Positions 55,401 through 64,000 of a stretch of 64,000 nt of DNA are shown here, piece by piece. The number at the start of each line of letters is the position of its first letter. Positions within the stretch are counted from its first letter, which is position 1. The stretch lies in contig JAUCBJ010003608.1 of NCBI GenBank assembly GCA_032718475.1, positions 7,403-71,402 on the forward strand, in the 5' to 3' direction. A program made the position numbers and the translations under genes. The stretch comes from Nemertoderma westbladi (taxonomy: Eukaryota; Animalia; Xenacoelomorpha). Under the pieces are notes generated by a model, which ran no database searches, was not told the origin of the DNA, and was given only the letters and a program-made list of their open reading frames with translations.

Positions 55401-57741
55401 TAGAACCCAATCTAACTAATAGAACCCAATCTAACTAATAGAACCCAATCTAACTAATAGAACCCAATCTAACTAATAGAACCCAATCTAACTAATAGAA
55501 CCCAATCTAACTAATAGAACCCAATCTAACTAATAGAACCCAATCTAACTAATAGAACCCAATCTAACTAATAGAACCCAATCTAACTAATAGAACCCAA
55601 TCTAACTAATAGAACCCAATCTAACTCACCTGTATTTGTGTCTGTCGGTCTAATATAACCCAATCTAACTAATAGAACCCAATCTAACTAATAGAACCCA
55701 ATTTAACTAACCTGTATTTGTGTCTGTCGGTCTAATAGAACCCAATCTAACTAATAGAACCCAATCTAACTAATAGAACCCAATCTAACTAATAGAACCC
55801 AATCTAACTAATAGAACCCAATCTAACTAATAGAACCCAACCTAACTAATAGAACCCAATCTAACTAATAGAACCCAATCTAACTAATAAAACCCAATCT
55901 AACTAATAGAACCAAATCTAACTAATAGAACCCAATCTAACTAATAAAACCCAATCTAACTAATAGAACCAAATCTAACTAATAGAACCCAATCTAACTA
56001 ATAGAACCCAATCTAACTAATAGAACCCAATCTAACTAATAAAACCCAATCTAACTAATAGAACCCAATCTAACTAATAGAACCCAATCTAACTAATAGA
56101 ACCCAATCTAACTAATAGAACCCAATCTAACTAATAGAACCCAATCTAACTAATAGAACCCAATCTAACTAATAGAACCCAATCTAACTAATAGAACCCA
56201 ACCTAACTAATAGAACCCAATCTAACTAATAGAACCCAATCTAACTAATAAAACCCAATCTAACTAATAGAACCAAATCTAACTAATAGAACCCAATCTA
56301 ACTAATAGAACCCAATCTAACTAATAGAACCCAATCTAACTAATAGAACCCAATCTAACTAATAGAACCCAATCTAACTAATAGAACCCAATCTAACTAA
56401 TAAAACCCAATCTAACTAATAGAACCCAATCTAACTAATAGAACCCAATCTAACTAATAGAACCCAATCTAACTAATAGAACCCAATCTAACTAATAAAA
56501 CCCAATCTAACTAATAGAACCCAATCTAACTAATAGAACCCAATCTAACTAATAGAACCCAATCTAACTAATAGAACCCAATCTAACTAATAGAACCCAA
56601 TCTAACTAATAGAACCCAATCTAACTAATAGAACCCAATCTAACTAATATAACCCAATCTAACTAACCTGTATTTGTGTCTGTCGGTCTAATATAACCCA
56701 ATCTAACTAATAGAACCCAATCTAACTAACCTGCTGTATGTCCGCATCCGGCGTCCGGGTTTTATCCGGCCATCCGGAACCTGCTAGTTTAGTTCTCTTA
56801 CTCCCGGAATCCCATGGCAACGAAGTCAACTCTCGTTTAATCTGTAACATACGAGGAAAAGTTAATGTACCGTGGATAAATACAAAAATGAGTTAAATAG
56901 TTAGCGTATTTTATTATATACCTGAAACCTAAAATATAGCATAAAGAGATTTATATTCATACCGGTATATTACAGAGAACAAGTAAAGTTACAATACTTT
57001 TATAAAACACCGCATTGAACATAAAGACGTGAAATTAAAGAAGTCTGTAAGTAAAATCAACGAGATATACATTTAAGTAGTTTGTCATCTTATTAAAAAT
57101 ATTCATGAAAATATAAGCAACTGTTCAGACAATTTCGCTTAGGCATTAGGCTCTCTAAAAAACAGTATTATTAGCGGGAACGAGGGGTTTTAGAGCCCGA
57201 ATTGGTTAAATATCGCGAGAGTTCGAATTAAATTATTCGTAAACTCGTGAACGTATATTCGTGAACGCCCTCCAACTCCCGCCCCGCCCTCCGCCGTTCT
57301 ACTCGCCTTCTTTTCTTTGTGACCAAACTTCCCGACTTGTCCCCCCGGCGACCCGATGTAATTAAAGTCCCTCTCGGTCGTCGAATGCTCTATTTTTTTG
57401 GAGGAATCTTTCTTTGATAAAACGCCAGAACTTGACGATTCTAAGAAATCCTGTAAATCGAATAGGAAGCCTGTTATTGAACAACGTCATCAGAAACGTC
57501 ACCGGCAAAGTGACGTCACGATATTCATCCGCGAATTCAAGATGGCGGACGCAAAATTACACAAAAAAACGGAAAATGTGGAAAGTAGAACTTCAAGAGT
57601 GCTTACCTGTTCGTCTGTGTTTAATTTTGAGCGAAAAGTATCTAAAAGGTATTTTAACCGGTCCACGGCAGTGTCTGAGGTTGAATTTAGGAGAATAAGG
57701 CCCGCAAGAACCGTACTGTCTAATCCTGAAAACGAAGCCAT
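24736..57741 (-). CDS. INTS12: Integrator complex subunit 12, spliced CDS join(57741-57607, 57450-57307, 56841-56731, 34514-34381, 33989-33827, 33417-33295, 25461-24736), about 511 aa
   Basis: N-terminal LDSTVLAGLILLNSTSDTAVDRLKYLLD matches the INTS12 N-terminal domain. PHD finger LTCVVCG...IVECQDCHRLYHQKCHQPEI.DKDVSDPRFVWYCYKC, then PFKRSE and a Ser-rich tail. All six intron phases are compatible (0,0,0,2,0,0). Confidence 0.88.
25675..32078. repeat. 26-bp minisatellite (23-bp deletion variants), about 250 copies, in INTS12 intron 6
   Basis: Unit GTACTACTACACACACA(G/A)CTACCGTT. Confidence 0.98.
32195..33097. mobile_element. Non-autonomous TIR DNA element in INTS12 intron 6
   Basis: Degenerate inverted ends gaatcaatctagccgaaaa...ccataa..attcgcaat.catcc.aacca and tggttcggattgattgcgaaat.cttatgg..tttttgctagattgattt. 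Confidence 0.55.
33295..33417 (-). CDS. INTS12: INTS12 coding exon 6
   Basis: tttatccag|GTT GAG AAG ... PFKRSEHK|gtaatt. 123 nt, phase 0/0. Confidence 0.85.
33470..33792. repeat. 20-bp minisatellite, about 16 copies, filling INTS12 intron 5
   Basis: Unit TTGACCTATGCGATGACCTA. Confidence 0.97.
33827..33989 (-). CDS. INTS12: INTS12 coding exon 5 (PHD finger)
   Basis: ttttttccag|A TCA TTG GAC ... AAG|gtaaga. Encodes VECQDCHRLYHQKCHQP...WYCYKC. Confidence 0.93.
34381..34514 (-). CDS. INTS12: INTS12 coding exon 4 (acidic stretch and first PHD cysteines)
   Basis: ttattatag|NSESDDIIELDD...SLTCVVC GG|gtaagc. Phase 2 joins exon 5 as GGA. Confidence 0.9.
34612..48259. repeat. 19-bp satellite with interspersed 25-bp cassette, left arm, INTS12 intron 3
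   Basis: Unit AATAGAACCCAATCTAACT. Cassette (A/C)ACCTGTATTTGTGTCTGTCGGTCT. Confidence 0.99.
48260..48462 (-). repeat. 3' LTR (203 bp)
   Basis: Identical to 53707-53909. Preceded on the minus strand by the polypurine tract AGGGAAGGGGGAA (48463-48475). Confidence 0.97.
48643..49584 (-). pseudogene. Gypsy integrase catalytic core and C-terminus, out of frame with pol
   Basis: CHYLIIVDEFSGWP...HPDNGT...SPHKPQTNGRAE..VK...YRNTP...SPSQ. Separated from pol by a 5-nt insertion. Confidence 0.88.
49515..53336 (-). CDS. Gypsy Gag-Pol polyprotein (Gag zinc knuckles, protease, RT, RNase H, integrase HHCC), frameshifted at about 49587
   Basis: CFYCG..H and CTHCSKSGHYNRCC; LADGGAN; WCSPMVV, DGLKGFHQ, RMPMG, IVEDIL; CDAS..GLG, ELEAL, TDSNPL; HAAHQG...CTTC. 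First ATG at 53336. Confidence 0.92.
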   Translation of the reverse strand: MEETIPSKFDPRMFMVKRPCEKFDIETEADQWRTWKRQWENFLGTSGIDRLLEVDPRTGEHFPSDEMTATLRAAKQKITRNELLASLSRNTVETLDGLGMTDADWNSPDAIIAALDKFILGGRNVWKYRNEFGIRGKQDNETFAEFVVALRKIGTKCDFPFTARNATDAMNDNLLKQLILMPGNDKEIADRLLELPETVTFTEALKVAESMEAARKTRSDISTARSTSMTSGSGDTNRLVAKSKTKKCFYCGHELPHGPGQKFRTCPAIGEICTHCSKSGHYNRCCPSHTNGARNNTRSRQIGRGGYMGRGTYTGGNDRYNRGQRQPQAYNTVWSPNNTNINNEGQYLYEGQYPSNSDNAPNLSSLRGDPTLLTCLALVPSPDSTKALARIAAADGTARQLDELQPLELTQVLVASADHPLRFKTNVSILADGGANLMAVSPDVPKAMGIKWHQLSNTTNPPPAPKCADGSNKGLKLLGTFRARVSFKGLSTDVDAYVVHGLAKPLLSRTACFALTILASEHINGGLSGYSDNADKFHTQIGNFNQANCHMMTPPFTNPHQCNSSTSNGALPVDLIEEFPNVLSGICRIMKGPPVVIRIHTDAVPVAVHHTRQIPINLVEPFKREIQAQIDMGIIEKATDDANPSEWCSPMVVTKKKDPSACRVTIDMRAINDATIRPTFPSPSPHQIVATLPASATFFTVVDGLKGFHQLELAEGSRGLTTFLTPYGRMRYIRMPMGWCGASDVYNSRMDTALKDVPKSRRIVEDILIFTETEAEHKEAVRQLLYACDANDISLNTRKIQYCQETVIFGGFKISKGKYEIDPKLVQDLREFPKPHNRTTLRSFLGLAQQLGNFTNEITRLVEPLRSLNKNNMAWVWTRAHEIAFVSTIKALTSPLCLAYYDPNHETEMYCDASRLHGLGFVLRQRDKNAVWKTVQCGSRTLAPHEAKWSGMAELEALSVAWAASKCRFFLDGMTHFTVVTDSNPLVPILNQRRLDQISNDRLLKMKTALSRHTFTARWQAGAKHIMADAFSRAEINAPTDEDYMLTPEEEADREFVVATLFSLLCGACDAEDKCWHSGPQPCAAIINYWQASSIDDDDVLLKQLREASSDDQTHIKLNDIVTHGWPASKQELQTNGYDALLPYFRHRDQISAVDGLIMFGSRIVIPSGMRKSVLTQLHAAHQGIDKTLARARQSVWWPEVINDVKQTVSSCTTCASSLPSHRAEPQQHNPQATRPFQKIDVDTFIVDGYVATTSLSLMSSPGGLQSPHLEKV
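53689..53706 (-). other. Primer-binding site, tRNA-Ser type
   Basis: TGGCGCTGCGAGTAGGAT directly abuts the 5' LTR and resembles the complement of tRNA-Ser 3' ends (...ATCCTGCTCACAGCGCCA). Confidence 0.75.
53707..53909 (-). repeat. 5' LTR (203 bp)
   Basis: Identical to 48260-48462. Confidence 0.97.
53910..56730. repeat. 19-bp satellite, right arm, running up to the exon 3 splice donor
   Basis: Same unit and cassette as the left arm. The last bases (aactaac) are the reverse complement of the donor GTTAGTT. Confidence 0.99.
56731..56841 (-). CDS. INTS12: INTS12 coding exon 3
   Basis: gtatgttacag|IKRELTSLPWDSGSKRTKL...DIQQ|gttagt. 111 nt, open, phase 0/0. Confidence 0.75.
57275..57552 (+). promoter_or_regulatory. 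Cluster of promoter-type motifs (GC boxes, CRE, YY1) in INTS12 introns 1-2
   Basis: cccgccccgccc at about 57278-57289, TGACGTCA at 57511-57518 and CAAGATGGCGG at 57538-57548, in a CpG-rich context. Confidence 0.4.
57307..57450 (-). CDS. INTS12: INTS12 coding exon 2 (predicted GC donor)
   Basis: cgatttacag|DFLESSSSG...HKEKK|gcgagt. 144 nt, phase 0/0. Confidence 0.65.
57607..57741 (-). CDS. INTS12: INTS12 coding exon 1 (conserved N-terminal domain)
   Basis: GAGATGG start; MASFSGLDSTVLAGLILLNSTSDTAVDRLKYLLDTFRSKLNTDEQ|gtaagc. Confidence 0.85.
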
Positions 57742-59019
57742 CTCGACTGGCTCAGTCAAGGCGAGGCCTTCGTTCTGCCAATATATATACCCCAGCAGAA
57801 TAAAGGAGCTATCAAATACATGAATATGTAGGACACTCACTCCTTCAGAATGAAGTAACATTTACTAATATACACATAAGTATTTAAAGAAATAAATTTC
57901 TAATGTATAGGTATATAAATTTCCGATGCATTGTAACATAAAGGAAAAATCCTATAAATATGTACTACATTATTGGTTTAGAGTATGAATATCCTCTAAA
58001 CGTCATTGTATGTAGGTAATGCTGTTTTAGCTCTGGTTCAACCAATCTATATCGTTCCACCATTTGCCAATCTGTAAGCACTACTAGGCAGTAGGCAGTG
58101 TACAACATGAATAAGTATGACAGTAGGCCGTATGGTTACACTCTTCCCCTCTCTACGCCTGCCTTCTGGGTTTAAATTGTTGTTTAATAGCCGCGGTGTC
58201 CAAAAGATATTGCTACCACAACGGATATTGTTCTGCGGATTGTAATAAATACTTTAATTTATATGAGATATGAAATATTAGATTGGATAATGTGTATGGT
58301 AAAAGACTTCCCTCCACTAAGACTGTAATTCATTCTAAGAAATTTGTAATTGTATACCTGTATAGAGATCGAGGCGGTAATGTAGTTGACGGGAGTAGCT
58401 CCGGTAAAACCTCCTTACAACCTCGAATCGCCAATCCCTTATCCCTCAGTATTTAATTTCCAATGTATTTTCTGCCGGTGTGTCGATTGGGCAGATAGGG
58501 TGTATGCGCCGCGGGCGATACTAATCCTTAATCGTAGAAAATCGCTGCTTTTATTTGATTTATCCAAAAATTTTGTGAAGATTTTGTACATGGATTTTCG
58601 AATCATCGAACCCACAATTTCCCTGGTATTTGTCTCTAGCGACCAACTAACACTCGGTACTTATGTATGTATGGACGGACGGCTTAAGTCGGCTAAAGTG
58701 ACATTTTTATAGTACTATATACTGCTTAGCAGATGGGGGGGGGGGGGGGAAACTAATCTCAACCTGTGATATTGACGTGCGTTTATTGTTTTGGTTAGAA
58801 TAACATATCAGCGTAATCTGTTTCTTTCCCTCAATTGTTAATGAACATTTTTAATTGACCGAGAGAGATATAATACGAGATAATTCTCCAAGATGGATTC
58901 GCGTCAAGTTTAACCCTCGACAAAATGTTCCAGAATAAACTTTTACAAAACTTTCAACATTCTAGAATTCCATCGCCTCCACTAATGGGTAGCCTACGTT
59001 GTTCTGAATCTGGTTTATA

Positions 59020-59275
59020 TTGCGGTTAGGGAAACAGACAACAAGGTCCCTACAATTCGTGACCGAACAACTTGTATCCGGACAATTCGTCGACGGACAA
59101 CACGACTCGGACAACTCGCATCGGAATAATTCGTTCTCGGACAATTCGTGTCCGGACTACTCGTATCAGGTCTTTTAGTCCGGAAAAGACGAGTTTTATA
59201 ATAAATAAATACAAACAATACAATACAATAATAAATACAAGTTTTCTGGAATTTCGGACATTTAGGGTTAGGGTC
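59020..59275. repeat. Small dispersed element with about 15-bp CGGACAA(T/C)TCG repeats and TTAGGG-like motifs
   Basis: About 7 degenerate cggacaattcgt units at 59050-59165; gttaggg at about 59025 and ttagggttaggg at about 59262. Confidence 0.5.
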
Positions 59276-60289
59276 CTCATTTATACTGATTTAATTACGT
59301 TTTGGGACGTCTTTTAACGTGATAGACCCGGCCAATCAGTGCAGGAACAACACATTGTTGGCCTACAGATTTTAACCGGGTGGAAACAGCCAAACACAAT
59401 AATCACAAAACCATTGGTTTATTATTTTGGTTGGGGTTAATTGGGCAGGACCTAACTCTTAAGTAAAAGTGTAATCTGTCATGTAACCCTAACCCTAACT
59501 TATAATCTCAGACATTTATTGGAATTTCGGCATTATGGCCGGGCGCAACTAATTTAACCTGCCCCTCGAATTACGCCAAATTTGGAAAAGGTGTCTGGAT
59601 TCCGTTTAATTACACCTAATCACAATTAAAAAAATACTGGCATAAATACTAAGTATACAAATAATACTGTACTGTGCCAGTAAAAACTACGTCACACGTT
59701 CATTCAATTTCAGATTAGAGTATTATTTATCCACACCATTAATGAATGTGCCTTTTTAGTAACACGCTAAATGTAGGGCCTACTCAAGGGGCCTACTGTA
59801 AGTTCTTACATATATGATTGTAATCTAGAAATATCCTGTCGTCATGCATTTTCCTAAGTCCAATCTAATAATTATAATGCACATATATTTACGGAATTAT
59901 AAAACCGGTCACACGTAACGGAAAACACTCTTTATTTGTTGTAAGTCCCTTTTTTGTCAACAAAAAAAAGTAATGTTTCCATGACATTAATAATAACATT
60001 GCAGTTAAATGGATAATAGATTAAAAAGATAATACTTTTTATACTAACTTTAATTTTCTAACTAACTAACTAATAATTATTTATTACATGGGAATAAAGT
60101 AGAACTTTTTTTTCATTATTCTCGAGGCATTTTATTTACCGAGCGTCAGCGAGGTTAATAAAGGGTCGAGAGAATATTGAAAAAAAATTTTCTACGTTTT
60201 TTTCCCATGTAATACATAATTTTATTCTTAAATTGGTACTTTTTGTTGCTAAATTCTTTAATAAAACATAGCGATATACTACAGTACAC

Positions 60290-61500
60290 CATGCCCTGGA
60301 ATATAGTGTCGTTATTAAGGTAGGCCTACCTGCCCCCCCCCCCCCCCCCCCCTCCCAAATTTTTATACAAATCTTAATGAGATTGCATGAAATTTGAAAC
60401 AGAGATAGTTTCACCTCCCTCCTCATTTTCGCTTTCAATCTTTAGCTACAAGCGTTTGAAAAAGGTGTCTCCGTCGATATTGCATCAGTTACACCGCAGT
60501 TATTCTTCAAACATTTAGTGATTTGTTGGTACTAGTGGAAAGCTGACAGTGCAAGGATTCCAAATATGTAAAAATAATTGAATTTGGTTGGGAAATAGCT
60601 GAGATATGGGCATTCGAAAGTTGCATGTACAGTATTTGCTTCCGCTGCAGGCCATATTTTATTCTATTAATAGATATATTTTTTTAGATTATCGCACAAA
60701 GACACATACCATAACTAAAAATCAAATCATCTTATCATATTATCCTCCAAGAGCTTCCAGGTAATTTTTTATAATGTTGATTCTGCGTGAGAACTTAATC
60801 TTCAAATTATAGGCTGATATGATAAAGTCTAGGTGTCTTTGTTCGCAAGATCCTAATGGTCCCAAGCTGATTTCCTTAAATAAAGTTTTTAGATGATATT
60901 TGTGCCTGAAAATCGCCGTAAGTGAAGGCACAATAATTAATAAATACACAATGATTAAATAATAATCAATAATTAATAAATACACAATGTTCTAGAATAT
61001 TTTGTTTATCTCATAAGTAGCTTGGCAACAATGCAATGCCTACATGATAATACTAGTATATGGATATTCATACATAATCAAAATGTTCTAGAACATTGTG
61101 TATTAATTTAATAGAATAAATGGCCTGCAGTGGAAACTAATACATGCAAAATTCGAATGCCCATATCTCAGCTATTCCCAACTAAATTCACATATTTTGA
61201 CATATTTGGAATCCTTGCGCGGTCAGCTTTCCACTAGTACCAACAAATCACTAAATTTTTGAAGAATAACTGCGGTGTAACTGGTGCAATATCGACGGAG
61301 ACACCTTTTTCAAACGCTTGTAGCTAAAGAATGAAAGCGAAAATAAAAATTCTGGCTCACCCAGCAACGAGGAGGGAAGTGAAACTATCTCTGTTTCAAA
61401 TTTCATGCAATCTCATTAAGATTTGTAGAAAAAAACAATTTTTTTTGGGGGGGGTGGGCAGGTACCTGAATAACGACACTACTGTATATTCCAGGACATG
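60290..61500. mobile_element. Long-TIR non-autonomous DNA element (about 380-bp inverted arms)
   Basis: 60290-60670 is the near reverse complement of 61108-61500 (for example aaatcttaatgagattgcatgaaatttgaaacagagatagtttcac and ttggtactagtggaaagctgac). AT-rich spacer, no ORF. Confidence 0.85.
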
Positions 61501-62723
61501 ATACATTACTTCCATAGTTACTGCAATTCAAATTCCTGTACTCTCCAACTCCCGATGTTGCCTTACTCAATGTTAAAATAATTTAGTGTTCTCGAATATT
61601 TATTACGTAACTAGAGAGCCGCTTAACAACTTAAACCAATATTGGATCATTGAGTTTCGTTTAGGAGTTCGCCTTGCTGACACTAAAGGTGCAATAACTT
61701 TTGAGTGTGAGAATGGATTTTGCTCAAATTACTTGCAAACCTTATCTACATACGTCGATGCTCTTTCAATATATGTAATACAATTTAAGATATTCCATCA
61801 AAAATATTTTACTTTACTATTTTCGCCGGAAAAAAAAGTAAAATCGTTGCAATCCTATTGATTACTTTTTTCCCTAGGGAAAAAAGTAAACTTTTTCTTC
61901 CGATTTTGGGGTATATTCGAGCAAAAAAGTAACAATTTAAGAATAATTTTTTTTTTATACTATCTAGTTTTTGCTATTTTTTTTAGAAATGTTATAGAAG
62001 ATGTGAAGCTATAAATTTTGATAAATATTTTTGTTCTAGAACACATTTTTTTATTTTTTATACTAGCTAGTTTTTTCAACAGTTTTTTATAAATGTTATT
62101 ACTGTAGGTATACCAGTGGCCGTATTAGCCATCAATTTTGATAAATATTTTTGTTCTAGAACACATTTTTTTATTCTAGAATATTTTTTGAAAAAAAAAT
62201 TAAATAGTACAGGAATCATCATACAACCCTTCTTATAAAAAATCGTAATTTTTTATGATTAGACCTCTTAGATACTGCAAAATTTTGAATCTAGAACTTA
62301 TAACACACAAACACACGTTGTGTTTGATGTTCTAAATAAGTTTTATTTTTTTAATATCTTATAAAAAGTTCTAGCTAACACAAAATCAAAATTACTAGCT
62401 ACCGTAATCTTACTGACACAAGGTGAATTATTTGTTCTAGAACAAAAAACTCAAAGATAATAGCCGTTTTCACAAGAAAAAATTTTAAATACATTTTCAA
62501 TTTTAATTTTCACTAGCTAAAAAAGTACTAGCTAACACAAATCAAAATTATTACAGTAGCTATGTACCATCCTACTTTCAGAAGGTCAAATATTTGTTAT
62601 AGAAAAAAAACCTCATCCCTGATAGATGTATCACCCAAGATGTACCAATGCCATTTTTTTTATAAAGGTTATACTGTAGAACAAGTGTTAGTTATCAATT
62701 TTTCATAATAGTCAGGTAGACAG

Positions 62724-63810
62724 AGGGGTCCACCGTGACTTTGGGTCATTACGCATTTTTATTTGCTTAAAGTCCTTAGTCGGACCTTAGTCGGACCTTA
62801 GTCGGACCTTAGAGTAATACAAATCCGTCGGGTGCCACTTCGGCACCTTTGGGGAACTTTTTATAAAGCACTTAACCTAAGTTTCCATAGCAACCGGCAC
62901 ATACAAGGTTTTATTTTGAGATATCTGCGACCTTGCACCTATTGCCACAGCTCTTGTTAATTATTCTGAATAAGATTTCTAGAAGATTAGTTCCCATAGC
63001 AACATTATTAATCATAAATTTTGGCCTTTGGGATGTTTATTAAGATATGCCAACTATTAAACTTTAGATTATTTATGTAACTATTTATAAAAGCAAACAA
63101 TTATCATCACTGGGGGGTTATTAATCACATTTAGTTTTCATTTAATTAGATGAGTTTGTTTTTTCCTTTCAAATGCAAATAATGTATTATAATTTAATAA
63201 TATAATAATTTAATAATTATAATTATTGTACAAGTATTAGTAGACAATTAAGTACAATTAAGTACAATACAGTATAAGTACATAATTATGTACAAGTATA
63301 ATAATTTAAATAAATAAATAAAAATACTAGCTATATCAATTTCAATAAATAAGACTAATCACCAATAAAATGTGTGTGTAAACCAAGTTAAATTACGAGG
63401 CAGTAGGCAATATATAAATAAACGAAGCGGTTAACGAAACGGCGGTGAACAATAAATAAAACAAACGTAGGCGTAGGCCTACCGTTAAAAAATTTGCAAA
63501 ATATGGGTAATCAAAGCTTTCATATCATAGCTAAGTATACTGCAATTACAGTTATTGAGATACAGATACAGATATACGTAGTTGTTTATCTCTGTTCTAG
63601 AACACTTAATTTAATTACTCCAGTAACAAACGTTTATAATTTAATGTAATTTTTGGAATAGATTGACCAATTTGTACTTGTATTTTATGCTGTAAAAAAG
63701 AATTCCCCGAGGTATCCCAACTGGCACCCGGTGAATATTTACATTATTATTATCAGGGAAGACATTGAGAAAATAAAATTGCGTGATGACCCAAGTTCAC
63801 GGTCCTCCCT
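62724..63810. mobile_element. Non-autonomous TIR DNA element with internal 11-bp repeat
   Basis: aggggtccaccgtgactttgggtcattacgcatttt versus aaaattgcgtgatgacccaagttcacggtcctccct (about 35-bp imperfect TIR). (ccttagtcgga) x3 at about 62774-62812. Confidence 0.6.
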
Positions 63811-64000
63811 TGAGCTCTATTGAGCGTCTACTGGACTACAACACCATCATACCTGCTCAGCCATTCGTATGTCTACATATGGAAATAATAATACGGGGGT
63901 GCGTGGGGCCGTTGGGGGGGGGGGGCGTCCTTGTCTAGGGTTACAGAACCTGGGAGGGTCTTCATCCCCATAGAGTCTTCTTCAAACTCAAAATCCATCG

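Noticed and set aside
34612-56730. CRISPR-like or telomeric array
   Set aside because: Interspersed cassettes are identical rather than unique spacers, and there are no cas genes. The unit is not a TTAGGG/TTAGG repeat and lies inside an intron.
56918-56932. ttttag|gtttcag|gtatat possible 7-nt microexon in INTS12 intron 2
   Set aside because: It would break the frame of an otherwise phase-consistent model and has no independent support.
59260-59500. TTAGGG/CCCTAA telomere seeds
   Set aside because: Only two units each, embedded in a dispersed repeat.

Overview
Animal (invertebrate-type) nuclear DNA, more than half of it tandem repeat. There are two convergent protein-coding genes. On the + strand is a GC-rich EFA6/PSD-type Arf6 GEF (PDZ-Sec7-PH-coiled coil, 7406-10061), split over two reading frames. 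On the - strand is a 7-coding-exon Integrator subunit 12 gene (INTS12, PHD finger, about 511 aa, 24736-57741), which I rebuilt from splice sites. Three of its introns are swollen by minisatellites. The 22.2-kb intron 3 is a 19-bp satellite that starts at the splice donor itself and carries about 70 copies of a donor-like CAG|GT(T/G)AGT motif. It also holds a very young full-length Ty3/Gypsy element (identical 203-bp LTRs, 5-bp TSD) with a 5-nt frameshift in integrase. Five unrelated minisatellites (34, 21, 50, 21 and 38 bp units) lie between the two genes. Degraded Academ-like and RTE fragments and several MITEs fill the rest. I found no rRNA, tRNA or CRISPR array. Most long ORFs in the track are repeat artefacts. 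All assignments come from reading by eye, with no database searches.
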